Shown here: in pieces, positions 19,834 to 29,608 of the stretch | Numbering within the stretch: position 1 is the first letter of the stretch | How the letters are laid out: every line of letters begins with the position of its first letter | Assembly: GCA_965224705.1 (NCBI GenBank) | Contig: OZ245056.1 | Location: 2,464,001-2,528,000 of the forward strand | Source: Spirochaetaceae bacterium | Lineage (GTDB): Bacteria > Spirochaetota > Spirochaetia > DSM-2461 | Length of the DNA: 64,000 bases | Reading direction: 5' to 3' | Notes under the pieces: generated by a model | What the model saw: the letters and a program-made list of their open reading frames with translations, nothing else | The model's database searches: none | Told to the model about the DNA's origin: nothing | Position numbers and translations under genes: made by a program

Positions 19834-20029
19834 AATATCTCCTTCAGGGCATCTTCAAGATAGTTCCGGCTCTGACTTGAATTTCTGTCAGATTCCGGGA
19901 AGCTGTTATTGAGATTCCTTTCATTTCCAGAACCTATTCATTAACGACCGGGGGGGTATTGTCAATGGGAAAACAATGTATCCAGAAAGATCGCACGAAT
20001 AATGAGTATTGAAAACTGTGTATCTGGTT

Positions 20030-21367
20030 TTATTGCTTTACCGTCCTGACACGTCCGACAGACTCCAGGGAGTCTGCGAAACTGGCCATCACCTGAATTG
20101 CTTTCCGGTAGTGTTCTTTCTCCAATGCAGTCATAAAGGTAGTTCCGGATGTGCGATGGGAGGCGAATACCGGCGCGATACTCTGTTCAGCCATTCTGGT
20201 CAGCACAGCAGGGATGAGAGCTGCTTCATCTCCAAGATTCTCACCCACCGCCCCGACTATACAGAGGTCCGACCGTTTCTCAACCTCACTTAGATGCAGA
20301 TCTTCCTTCATGGTATCAATATCTCCATCCCCAGGATTCCGATTTTCAAGGGGTTCCAGAATGACCAGAAGTGTATCACACTGGCATGCTGAATACAAAA
20401 TTTTCCATCCCATCGCGGCCAAACTCTCCAGGATTTTCAACTGTAGAGAAAGGTTGTCCCCCAGATGGGCATTCTGAAATCGACAGACGGATACACCCAT
20501 CTTTCCGGCAACCCCGGTAATTCCCGGATGGGACTTCCTTTTTTTAATCACGATCATGGTTCCCGGAGCTTCGGGGATATTGGTATTCCGGATATTGATT
20601 GGAATTCCGGCGGTGCTGACAGGCTGAATAGCCTCTTCATGAAACACTTTTGCCCCCAGGGCCGAAAGTTCGCGAAGTTCCCTGAAAGAAACCTCTTCTA
20701 TGGGAGCAGGATCATCCACGATGCCGGGATCCGCTGCCAGCAGTCCCGATACATCGGTCCAGTTTTCATAAACCCGGGCCCCTGCGCCACGAGCTATCAC
20801 AGCACCGCTGATGTCGGACCCGCCGCGGCTGAAGGCCTTTATACCCCCTCTGGCATCCTGACCATAGAATCCTGGAATAACCACCTGGCTGTCGGGGGAA
20901 ACAGCCTGATCGATCAGTTTGTAGCTCTCCGACGAAAGTTTCCCCCGGGCATCAAATCGGATGATTTCTTCGGCATCCAGGAAGGAAAATCCAATGTATT
21001 CGGCAATGAGGCGGGCCAAAAAATGCTCCCCCCTGGATACGGCATAGTCATAGGATTTTTCACTCTGAATCCGGTCTTGAGCCTGATCAAGAAGCTCTTT
21101 CAGTCCTGAGCCAACTTTCAGATCGGCGGCTATCTCCAGAAATCTCTCACGGATGGGCTCAAAGTCTGCTTCAATTGACTTCTCCCTCACAGCAGCCTGG
21201 TAACAGGCGATTAAACGGTCGGTTATCTTTACATCGTTTCTGGTCCGCTTTCCTGGTGCCGATACAACGATCAATCGTCGCTCATTGTCTGATTGGACAA
21301 TGTCGGCACTTTTTTTTATTTGATCTGCCGACGCCAGAGAGGTTCCGCCGAATTTGACAACTTTCAT
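20030..21367 (-). CDS. Aspartate kinase (YclM/AKIII-like) with divergent ACT region
   Basis: KFGGTSLA, VVSAPGK, SRGE, FSRGGSD, ENWTDV motifs. Confidence 0.93.
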   Translation of the reverse strand: MKVVKFGGTSLASADQIKKSADIVQSDNERRLIVVSAPGKRTRNDVKITDRLIACYQAAVREKSIEADFEPIRERFLEIAADLKVGSGLKELLDQAQDRIQSEKSYDYAVSRGEHFLARLIAEYIGFSFLDAEEIIRFDARGKLSSESYKLIDQAVSPDSQVVIPGFYGQDARGGIKAFSRGGSDISGAVIARGAGARVYENWTDVSGLLAADPGIVDDPAPIEEVSFRELRELSALGAKVFHEEAIQPVSTAGIPINIRNTNIPEAPGTMIVIKKRKSHPGITGVAGKMGVSVCRFQNAHLGDNLSLQLKILESLAAMGWKILYSACQCDTLLVILEPLENRNPGDGDIDTMKEDLHLSEVEKRSDLCIVGAVGENLGDEAALIPAVLTRMAEQSIAPVFASHRTSGTTFMTALEKEHYRKAIQVMASFADSLESVGRVRTVKQ

Positions 21368-21375
21368 AGCATCCT

Positions 21376-22557
21376 CTACTTGATGAATAGTTTTTGTGGG
21401 TATTCGATAAGCTTTTCACAGCCTGTTTCGGTAACAAGAAGGGGTTCGGAACACTCCACACCGCAGGTATCCAGCCAGATTCCCGGCATGAAGTGAATCG
21501 TCATCCCCGGTTTCAATACAGTTTTATCCCCTGGACGAAGGCTCAGGGTATGCTCCCCCCAGTCCGGGACATAGTTCAGACCAAAGGAATAGCCCACTCG
21601 AGAGGGTTTCTCAATACCCGTTCCGGCAAGATAACTGCGCCATTTCTCCTCCACCTCTTCGGCGGTAACTCCGGGTTTAATGAAATCCAGCGTTCCATTC
21701 AATCCCCTTATGACGGTATCCGAAATCCGCTGCAGATCCTCCGGCGGCTTTCCCAGGTAGAGAGTACGCGACAGCGGTACATTGTAGTGGTGACGGGCCC
21801 CCGCCAGTTCCAACAGCACTACATCTCCCTTTTGATAGTTTCTGTCTGGATTAAAGGTTAGATGGGCGGTACTTGTTCTCTCTGCCGTTGGCATTATGGG
21901 AAAGAGAGCCGTGGGATCTCCGCCGAATTCCCCGGTTCCCCAAATCTGAGCCTTCGCAACATTCGCCGCTGCGTCTTTTTCAGGAACTCCAGGGGCAATA
22001 CTTTCGACGGCCGCATCCATCACTTTCCTGCAGATTTCACTGGCCTCCCGGATTACGGCGATTTCCGCAGGTGATTTAATTGTTTTTATCCAGTTCACCA
22101 ACCCGGTGGCATCCATCTTCCTTGAGTGGGGGAGTTCTTCTTCCAGCTGGGTGTACATCCTGGCGTTGAACCAGTAGCCATCCATGTCTAAACCCATAGT
22201 CCGTTTTTCCCACCGCCTTTCTTTGATTATTTCCGCCACGTAGCTCATTGTATGAATATATCGGGATTGTACATATTCATCCCTGTATCCCCATATATGA
22301 TCCTGGGGAAGAAAAGACGTAATCCGGGCCCCATTGGAATCCTGCTCCCGGCCAAACCAGTGGGGAGTATCATCATCCAGTGAAAGGAGGAGCCCCTGAT
22401 GGACATAGAAACTCCAGCCATCATAACCGGAAAGATAGTTCATCTGCCCAGGATCGGTGATCAGGAGTATTTCTATTCCCCGGTGATCCATGGACTGCTG
22501 GGTAAGTCGAATTCGCTGTTTGTATTCCTCCACACCGAAGACAGTCTGATTTCTCAT
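21376..22557 (-). CDS. eutD: Ectoine hydrolase DoeA/EutD-like (M24), paralogue B
   Basis: MNYLSGYDGWSFYVHQ, AHLT, RVGYSFGLNYVPDWGE motifs. Confidence 0.85.
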   Translation of the reverse strand: MRNQTVFGVEEYKQRIRLTQQSMDHRGIEILLITDPGQMNYLSGYDGWSFYVHQGLLLSLDDDTPHWFGREQDSNGARITSFLPQDHIWGYRDEYVQSRYIHTMSYVAEIIKERRWEKRTMGLDMDGYWFNARMYTQLEEELPHSRKMDATGLVNWIKTIKSPAEIAVIREASEICRKVMDAAVESIAPGVPEKDAAANVAKAQIWGTGEFGGDPTALFPIMPTAERTSTAHLTFNPDRNYQKGDVVLLELAGARHHYNVPLSRTLYLGKPPEDLQRISDTVIRGLNGTLDFIKPGVTAEEVEEKWRSYLAGTGIEKPSRVGYSFGLNYVPDWGEHTLSLRPGDKTVLKPGMTIHFMPGIWLDTCGVECSEPLLVTETGCEKLIEYPQKLFIK

Positions 22558-22566
22558 TTGACCTTC

Positions 22567-23562
22567 CTAACGGGGAATCTGGATTCCGATTCCCCGCTCC
22601 CTGGCAAGTTTGCAGGCGCCCAGGGCAATCATTGTATCCTGCACACCAACCCCGGTCAGGTCGCAAACGGTGAAGTCATCTTCATTGGTTCGCCCGGGAT
22701 GGACTCCATCGATGAAGGTTCCCAATTCAGTCATGGGGGAGTCAGCGGTGAGAATTCCCTGCTCGACGGCAGATCGAACTTCGCCCAGACGCAGAGCCTG
22801 GCTTTTCATGTCACAGGCCAGAAGGTCAGCCCTGGCAAGTACCTCTGCTTCCAGTTCCTGTTTCTCTTCCGTGTCACTTCCCATGGCGGTGATGTGGAGG
22901 TTGGGGTGGATCCAGTCGGCCTTGATAAAACCCTCGCGGGCAGGGGTGGTGGTTACAACAACCTGACTTTCCCTCACCACCTCTTCTGCGGTGGTACTCT
23001 TAATAACCGTTACTCCCAGTTCAGATTCCATATCGTTGACATAGGCATTCTTCACATCCTCATTGCTTGAAGAATACATTCGGATTGTTTTTATGTCACG
23101 CATTAAAGCCAGGCCCCGCATCTGCCAGCGTGCCTGGGCTCCGGCTCCGATGACTCCAGCCTGACTGGCGTTTTCAGGGGCCAGGTATTCAGCGGCAATT
23201 GCTCCGGCTGCGCCTGTCCGGACATGGGTGAGATAGCCATTATCCAGTAAAACAGCATCGAGAAAACCAGTCTCTGCGGAAACAACCAGCATGAGACCGC
23301 TTCCTGAAGGAAGACCCAGTCGGGAATTCTGGAAAAAACCGGAAGCAACTTTGACGGCCATTCTGTCCATGCCCTTGATGAAGGCACTTTTTATATCAAC
23401 TTCACCCTGTTTTTCATCGACCGGAAGCATCATAATGGGGGGAACAATTGCATTTCCCCTCTGTAGTTCCTTGAATCCGAGGGCTGTATTTTCTACCACG
23501 GCATGATCCAGTTTGACCAGATCCATCAGTTCTTTCTCATTGACTATAATGATAGGTTCCAT
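22567..23562 (-). CDS. eutC: Cyclodeaminase, ectoine utilisation EutC
   Basis: GEVDIKSA, KVASGFF.N..GLPS, DNGYLT.VRT.AAG, DLTGVGVQD motifs; eut context. Confidence 0.9.
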   Translation of the reverse strand: MEPIIIVNEKELMDLVKLDHAVVENTALGFKELQRGNAIVPPIMMLPVDEKQGEVDIKSAFIKGMDRMAVKVASGFFQNSRLGLPSGSGLMLVVSAETGFLDAVLLDNGYLTHVRTGAAGAIAAEYLAPENASQAGVIGAGAQARWQMRGLALMRDIKTIRMYSSSNEDVKNAYVNDMESELGVTVIKSTTAEEVVRESQVVVTTTPAREGFIKADWIHPNLHITAMGSDTEEKQELEAEVLARADLLACDMKSQALRLGEVRSAVEQGILTADSPMTELGTFIDGVHPGRTNEDDFTVCDLTGVGVQDTMIALGACKLARERGIGIQIPR

Positions 23563-23571
23563 CTTCTCCTC

Positions 23572-24552
23572 CTATATATGTTTTGAAATAATACTGCGGT
23601 AACGGGCAGGATCGACACTGCTGCCGCTTATGACCAGGCCGACCTTCCTGTTCGTCACATCCAATTTTCCGGTTTGTACAGCTGCAATTCCCACCGCCGA
23701 AGCTCCTTCAATCACAAGGCTGTGTTCCGTAAAGGCGTATACCATACCCACTTCAATTTCCTCTTCGGTGATCACTATGTGATCATCTACAAACTTTTGA
23801 ATCAGAGGAAGAGTGTAGTTGTTTTCAATACCAATTCCGCCAAGCAGAGAGTCGGCATGCGTGTCTTTTTCCTCCACCTGCACCGGTTTTCCGGCCTTTA
23901 AACTCTCCAGCATGGCAGGAGAACGTTTTATTGTAACACCGACAATTCTTATGGAAGGTTTTATGGTTTTGGCCGCCAGGGCAATTCCCGCCAGAAGTCC
24001 GCCACCGGAGAGCGGCACCAGAATAACATCCATATCAGGCTCAGCCTGGAGCATTTCCAGAACGGTGGTTCCCTGTCCCGATACAATGGCAGGATCGTCA
24101 AAGGGGACTACCGGTATGTACTCCTCCTTTTCCATCAGCTCAAAGTAACGGCCCTCCGCTTCATCCTGGCAGGAACCGAATATCTCTACGTCTGCACCGA
24201 GGGCTTTAATCTTTTTCACCCGGTACTCGGGAACATTCTGCGAAAGACAAACCACCGCCCTGACACCTGTTTTTCCGGCAGCGAAGGAAACCGCTTTTCC
24301 ATGGTTTCCCGTGGAGAAGGTAATAACTCCACGCTGCCTCTCTTTTTCATTGAGGGATAGAATTTTATTGGCCGCCCCCCTTATCTTGAATGAGCCGGTA
24401 TTCTGGAGGCATTCAAGTTTCATAAAAATCTGATCCGCTCCCATGCTGTCTGCCAGGGCAGGCGATTCCCAGAGCGGTGTCTCCCAGATCATTGTCTTTA
24501 TTCTTTTTTTTGCCCTGTAGACATCCTCCAGGGTCGGCAGCCTGTGCTCCAC
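23572..24552 (-). CDS. eutB: PLP dehydratase, hydroxyectoine utilisation EutB
   Basis: GSFKIRGA, STGNHG, LSGGGL, ADSLLGGIG motifs; GTG 24552 after AGGAG. Confidence 0.9.
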   Translation of the reverse strand: MEHRLPTLEDVYRAKKRIKTMIWETPLWESPALADSMGADQIFMKLECLQNTGSFKIRGAANKILSLNEKERQRGVITFSTGNHGKAVSFAAGKTGVRAVVCLSQNVPEYRVKKIKALGADVEIFGSCQDEAEGRYFELMEKEEYIPVVPFDDPAIVSGQGTTVLEMLQAEPDMDVILVPLSGGGLLAGIALAAKTIKPSIRIVGVTIKRSPAMLESLKAGKPVQVEEKDTHADSLLGGIGIENNYTLPLIQKFVDDHIVITEEEIEVGMVYAFTEHSLVIEGASAVGIAAVQTGKLDVTNRKVGLVISGSSVDPARYRSIISKHI

Positions 24553-24563
24553 TGCAGGAACTC

Positions 24564-25742
24564 CTATTTGGTGAAGATATCCATGGGGTATTCGAAAAGC
24601 TGCATACATCCCTCTTCAGTGACGATGAGGCTGGCATCAATTTCGAATCCAACATCCTCAAACCAGATGCCGGGTATCAGATGAAGGGCCATATTGGGTT
24701 TTAATACAGTTTTATCGCCGGGGCGGATACTGATTGTGTGCTCACCCCAGTCGGGAGGATAGTTGACACCTATGGAGTATCCTAAACGGGATTCTTTCAC
24801 AACTGTTGAGCCGCTGATGGCCTTCCGCCATCCTGCTTCCACCTCTTCAGCGGTGACTCCGGGCTTGATAAGCTCAAGAGTTTTTAAGAGACCATCGATA
24901 ACCACCGCTGCGGTATCCTTCATCAGTTGAGGCGGCTCGGGACCCAGAAAAATGGTTCTGGCAATGGGGCAGTGGTAGTGCCTGTAACACCCCGCCAGTT
25001 CCAGCAAACAGGCCTCATTCTCCTTGAAGGTCGCATCCGACCAGGTAAGGTGGGGAGTCTTTGTGGCTTCACCGGCCATTATGAGGGGTACGATGGCGGG
25101 ATAATCTCCGCCAAACTCCCTGGTTCCCGTGTATTCGGCCTGGACAATGGCGGCGGCGGCATCACACTCACGCACCCCAACATTGATACTTGAAATGGCT
25201 GCATCCATCACTTTTTCGGCAATATTGCCAGCCCGGTGCATCATTTCTATCTCAGCATCTGACTTAATCACCCTTACCCAGTTCACCAGGGCATTGGCAT
25301 TTTTCAACGTTCCCCGGGGCAGATCCTTTTCCAATTCCACATAACACTGGTGGGTGAAGAAAAACTGGTCCGATTCCACACCAATAATCCTGTTATCCCA
25401 CCCCTTTTCCCTTATCACGTCCGCCACAAAATTCATGGGATGTTTCACCAGGGAGTGAACATAGTCATCGGCGTAGCGGCGAATGTTATCTTTGGAGAGG
25501 AAGGTGGTGATGTCCGCCCCATTGCCGTCCATCTCCCGTCCCAGCCACATGGGTTCATCCTGGTCCAGAGAAACCAGAACCCCCTGGTGAACATAGAAAC
25601 TCCAGCCATCGTAGCCGGTAAGGTAGTTCATATTGGCAGGATGACTCACCAGAAGAAGATCAATCCCCCATGCAGACATTGATTCTTTGGTCGCCCTCAC
25701 TCTACGGGCATATTCTTCACGCGTGAATACTGGCATATGCAT
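24564..25742 (-). CDS. eutD: Ectoine hydrolase DoeA/EutD (M24), paralogue A
   Basis: NMNYLTGYDGWSFYVHQ, GGDYPAIVP, PHLTW, RLGYSIGVNYPPDWGE motifs. Confidence 0.9.
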   Translation of the reverse strand: MHMPVFTREEYARRVRATKESMSAWGIDLLLVSHPANMNYLTGYDGWSFYVHQGVLVSLDQDEPMWLGREMDGNGADITTFLSKDNIRRYADDYVHSLVKHPMNFVADVIREKGWDNRIIGVESDQFFFTHQCYVELEKDLPRGTLKNANALVNWVRVIKSDAEIEMMHRAGNIAEKVMDAAISSINVGVRECDAAAAIVQAEYTGTREFGGDYPAIVPLIMAGEATKTPHLTWSDATFKENEACLLELAGCYRHYHCPIARTIFLGPEPPQLMKDTAAVVIDGLLKTLELIKPGVTAEEVEAGWRKAISGSTVVKESRLGYSIGVNYPPDWGEHTISIRPGDKTVLKPNMALHLIPGIWFEDVGFEIDASLIVTEEGCMQLFEYPMDIFTK

Positions 25743-25778
25743 CTCCTTTCCCTGTATGGTGACTGTTGAACAGCATGG

Positions 25779-26519
25779 CTACATAAATCCGTTATATTGA
25801 CGGGGGACCACGGCGGAATAGACATAATCTATCATCGTGTGATAGTCAAAGACCGGTAAACCTGTGGCCTCCCTGACAGCCCTGGCATAGGGTGGGAGGA
25901 GGCTGCACTCAAGAAGGATCATCTCCACCCGGGGATCAGATTCAACAATCCGCTCTGCCTCCACCACCACCTCCTTCTCAATACGGTTCTGATCGAGATA
26001 GCCTGCCTCATTAAAAACCGCCTCATGAAAGTGTTCCGATTTCTCAAGTCCCCTCATCACCAGATCGGAACCATCCTTGATCCCAATCTGCCGCAGAATG
26101 AAATCATCCAGGGAAGGAAGATTGGCGGTAATAACCCCAATTTTTCCCTTTCGTGAAAGCATCATGCGCATGAATGGGATTTGAAGCAGGCTGGAGAGGA
26201 ATACAGGAATTTTTACGGCTTCCTGGATATCCCTTTGGAAAAGTGCCATGAATCCGCAGTCTCCTGTGATTGCTCTGACACCTTCGGTCTCCAACTCCCG
26301 TGCTCCCTTTTTAAGGCTTTCGACCAGACTCATATCGTGCTCCATGATTCTGGCAACCGAAAAACCAGGGATTCGCTGAAATCTCACAGGATAATCATAG
26401 CTTGTGGCGTTGGCGACATCCCCGGGTATGAAGGGAACGTAGTTTTCCAATAGAATGATACCAATGGCCTCGCCATAACTGAGCTGCCCGGGTTTTACTT
26501 TATATACCATATCAATCAA
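25779..26519 (-). CDS. Asp/Glu racemase superfamily protein
   Basis: PGDVANA, ITGDCGF, SSLLQ, LECS.LPPY, GLPVFD; two-Cys pattern. Confidence 0.8.
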   Translation of the reverse strand: MIDMVYKVKPGQLSYGEAIGIILLENYVPFIPGDVANATSYDYPVRFQRIPGFSVARIMEHDMSLVESLKKGARELETEGVRAITGDCGFMALFQRDIQEAVKIPVFLSSLLQIPFMRMMLSRKGKIGVITANLPSLDDFILRQIGIKDGSDLVMRGLEKSEHFHEAVFNEAGYLDQNRIEKEVVVEAERIVESDPRVEMILLECSLLPPYARAVREATGLPVFDYHTMIDYVYSAVVPRQYNGFM

Positions 26520-26525
26520 CCAGCT

Positions 26526-27806
26526 TTAACGCACAAATGCATGATTGGGCAGCCAGGTGGCAATTCCCGGGAAGAAAATCAGCAGAGCAGTAGCCAGAAG
26601 GAGGATCATGATGAAGGGTGGTGTATTCTTGATGACTTCAAAATAAGGCCGCCGGAATACTAGCTGGGCCGTAAAAATATCACACCCAAAGGGTGGCGTG
26701 GCCGATCCAATCGCTGCCTGAAGGGTAACAATGGTTCCAAGGAGAACGGGGTCAACCCCTGTGGAAATTACATAGGGCTGAAAGATCGGGCTCAATACAT
26801 AGATCGCCACTATGGGATCGACAAACATACAGGCCACGAAGTAAGCCGCCGCTATGGTGAAAATCAACTGGAGCTGACCAGGATCAGTCCCCAGTATAAC
26901 AGGCATAATTGCCTGGGGGATCCTTAAAAAGCTGATAAGCCAGGAAAATGCCTGTCCCGCTCCAACCAGAACAAACACAACTCCGGTGATAACTCCTGTA
27001 TCCATCAGGATCTTCACCAGTTTCTTGAAACTGAGGGTACGATAGACCAGACCTTCAAGAAGAAGCGCATAGAGTACGGCTACCGCCGCCGCTTCGGTGG
27101 GACTGAATATTCCCGCATAGATTCCGCCGACGATGATCAGGGGAAATCCGAGTACCAGTATCCCCTGTTTTACAGCCTTCCAGCGTTCTGCCCAGGAGGC
27201 CCGGGGTATGACTCCTACTTTTTTTATTCGGGAGTAGAAGTAGCAGTAAACCGAAAAAAGTAAGAAAATCATAAGTCCCGGGATAATACCTGCCAGAAAG
27301 AGCTTCCCCACAGATGTGGAGGTGACGACTCCATACACGATGAATCCAATGCTTGGAGGAATTAAAAAGGCGATGTCACTGGAATTGATTATCAAACCCA
27401 GGGTAAATGAGCTTTCATAGCCTGCCTTTAAAAGCATGGGCCGCATGGTTCCGCCAATGGCAGCCACCGTTGCCTGAGTAGAACCGGAAACCGCTCCAAA
27501 GAGGGTACAACTGGCATTTGTGGTAATTGGGAGTCCGCCGTGGATATGACCCACGAAAGATTTTACCATATTAATCAGCCGGGAAGCCACCTGACCGGAG
27601 GTGATGATACTCGCTCCCAGGATGAACATGGGAACACAAACTAATGCGGGAGGAGAAATCCCCGTCAATACCTGCTGAACCAGGACCTGCATGTTGAAAG
27701 TGGGGATGTTGATTTCCAGGTGCAGCAGCAGCGATCCAAGAATGACAACCATAAAGGGAAATCCCAGAAGGAGCATCCCTACCATGCTTATCCAGAGCAA
27801 ATTCAT
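26526..27806 (-). CDS. TRAP transporter large permease (DctM, TeaC/UehC-like)
   Basis: GGL..FGAVSGS, LIPPSI, TPPFG motifs; about 12 TM segments. Confidence 0.93.
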   Translation of the reverse strand: MNLLWISMVGMLLLGFPFMVVILGSLLLHLEINIPTFNMQVLVQQVLTGISPPALVCVPMFILGASIITSGQVASRLINMVKSFVGHIHGGLPITTNASCTLFGAVSGSTQATVAAIGGTMRPMLLKAGYESSFTLGLIINSSDIAFLIPPSIGFIVYGVVTSTSVGKLFLAGIIPGLMIFLLFSVYCYFYSRIKKVGVIPRASWAERWKAVKQGILVLGFPLIIVGGIYAGIFSPTEAAAVAVLYALLLEGLVYRTLSFKKLVKILMDTGVITGVVFVLVGAGQAFSWLISFLRIPQAIMPVILGTDPGQLQLIFTIAAAYFVACMFVDPIVAIYVLSPIFQPYVISTGVDPVLLGTIVTLQAAIGSATPPFGCDIFTAQLVFRRPYFEVIKNTPPFIMILLLATALLIFFPGIATWLPNHAFVR

Positions 27807-28393
27807 ATCTCTACCTCCTGGTAGTCGAGTTCCTCTTCATAATCACTCTGCTGCTCCGGTGAAAGCCATACACTTTTCTCAACAATGTTTTTAGCAAAGG
27901 TTCTTACATATTGGATGCCTGCGGAAAAGAACCCGATGGGGGTGATGATCAGGGGAATCCAGGAGGGGATTCGGAGGGCAGAACTCTCCTGTCCCAGCTC
28001 AAACACCTTGGCCATATATTGGAAGGAGTGGAATGCCATTATGAACATCACTATGGCACTGACGGCTGATATCACGAAAATAAAAACCTTTTCCACCTTC
28101 TCGTTCATTAGATCCAGAAAGGCTCCCATTCGTATATGCCGTGCTTTTCTGGCGGCGTAGCTTATCCCCACGAAGGTGGTGAAAATGATGAGGAATTCAG
28201 ATACCTCATCGGCAAAATAAATGGCCTGGAAGAAGGTTCGGGCGATAACGTTACTGATTAACAGAATCGCAAGGAAGCTGATACAGAGACAGAGGGCCCC
28301 CACTTCAAAGGCATCCACACCTCGTCCCAAATAATGGAAAAACCCTCTCTTCCGTTCTTTACTCTCGTCGTTTGAAGTATTTTCGATATCCAT
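27803..28393 (-). CDS. TRAP transporter small permease (DctQ, TeaB/UehB-like)
   Basis: NVIAR..DEVS..G.SYAARKARHIRM; 4 TM segments. Confidence 0.9.
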   Translation of the reverse strand: MDIENTSNDESKERKRGFFHYLGRGVDAFEVGALCLCISFLAILLISNVIARTFFQAIYFADEVSEFLIIFTTFVGISYAARKARHIRMGAFLDLMNEKVEKVFIFVISAVSAIVMFIMAFHSFQYMAKVFELGQESSALRIPSWIPLIITPIGFFSAGIQYVRTFAKNIVEKSVWLSPEQQSDYEEELDYQEVEI

Positions 28394-28452
28394 ACTGTCC
28401 CCTGTATTGAGTAACGAAACGACAGACCATGCCGCCGTTCCGTTAGAAATTA

Positions 28453-29541
28453 CTATTTGATGCCCAGGGCTGCCTTGGCATCCGCGATGTCTTTTAGAAG
28501 TGTGTCCAGCACCAGCTGCGCATCACTGCCACCCATTTCAACATACTTTGGATAAACAGTTTCTGCAGCGGCCTTGAATTCGGCGATGGTTTCGTCATCA
28601 AACTCATGGAACTCAATGGAAGGCTTATCCGCCATGATCGCCGCTTTTGCCCTGGCATTTACATCGTCGATCCATTGAGCAGAGGGAATAACCGCATCGG
28701 CCCAGAATTTCTTCATATGATCCTGCTGCTCCCTGGTCAGAGAGTCGAAAAAGGCGGCATTGGCCGTAGGAATTCCAAGAAAAGGTTCGGCCCAGAATTG
28801 CGTGAAGTAGTCGGTCACTTCGTAGAACTTCATAGAGTGATCGGCAAACAGGGGGTTCACCTGGGCATCAATGAGACCGGTCTGCAAGGCACCGTAAACC
28901 TCACCGTAACTCATGGGAGTGGGGCTCATGCCATAGGCACGGAAGTCTTCGATAAGGATTTTAGAACCCATGAGACGGGTTTTCATTCCCTGGAGGTCGT
29001 CCATTCCCTTTACTTCGGCTTTGGAAGTCATCCACTGCCACCCTTCGTAAACTATTCCTAAAGGAACCAGGTCATTTTCACGGAATTTTTCCTCGATAAG
29101 AGGCATGAATTTACCATTCTTCAAAACCCACTGGAGGGTTTCAGGCATTTTTTCCCTGGGCCAGAGATAGTGAAGGGCAAGGACCTGTACCTGGGGAACG
29201 AAGCTCGAAATCCAGGCGTAGTCGGAGAATACGAATTCCACCACGCCGAGCTGTGCCAACTCATTGATATCCCTGGTATCTCCAAGGGATCCGTAGGGGT
29301 AAACGGTGATGTCGATCTTTTCATCGGTGTTTTCCCTCATGTAGTCTGCGAATTTCTCCGCCCAGACGGTCATGAAGTCCCCTTCAATTTCTTCAGAAGC
29401 AAGTTTGGCTTCTATTACATCACTGTCACCCGCGTCACCCGCAGTCTCTTCCTGCCCGGCAGCAAAAAGACCATGACTCAAACAAATCAGAGCCAAAATC
29501 ATTGTTAAACTGATAATCTTTGTAAACATAGTTTTCTCCAT
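28453..29541 (-). CDS. TRAP substrate-binding protein (DctP, TeaA/UehA-like)
   Basis: Signal peptide; EEIEG, YPYGSLG, R.M.S, EVYGALQTG..DAQVNP, FYEV motifs. Confidence 0.9.
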   Translation of the reverse strand: MEKTMFTKIISLTMILALICLSHGLFAAGQEETAGDAGDSDVIEAKLASEEIEGDFMTVWAEKFADYMRENTDEKIDITVYPYGSLGDTRDINELAQLGVVEFVFSDYAWISSFVPQVQVLALHYLWPREKMPETLQWVLKNGKFMPLIEEKFRENDLVPLGIVYEGWQWMTSKAEVKGMDDLQGMKTRLMGSKILIEDFRAYGMSPTPMSYGEVYGALQTGLIDAQVNPLFADHSMKFYEVTDYFTQFWAEPFLGIPTANAAFFDSLTREQQDHMKKFWADAVIPSAQWIDDVNARAKAAIMADKPSIEFHEFDDETIAEFKAAAETVYPKYVEMGGSDAQLVLDTLLKDIADAKAALGIK

Positions 29542-29608
29542 TTCTTATTTGCGAGAGGGGTCAATCCTCTCTTCCGACTTTTCCTGAATCATTCCAGGCT
29601 GTTTCAGT

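Noticed and set aside
19950..19965. G7 tract next to TTGACA as a phase-variable promoter for the GH4 gene
   Set aside because: The tract is short and there is no convincing -10 at the proper spacing.
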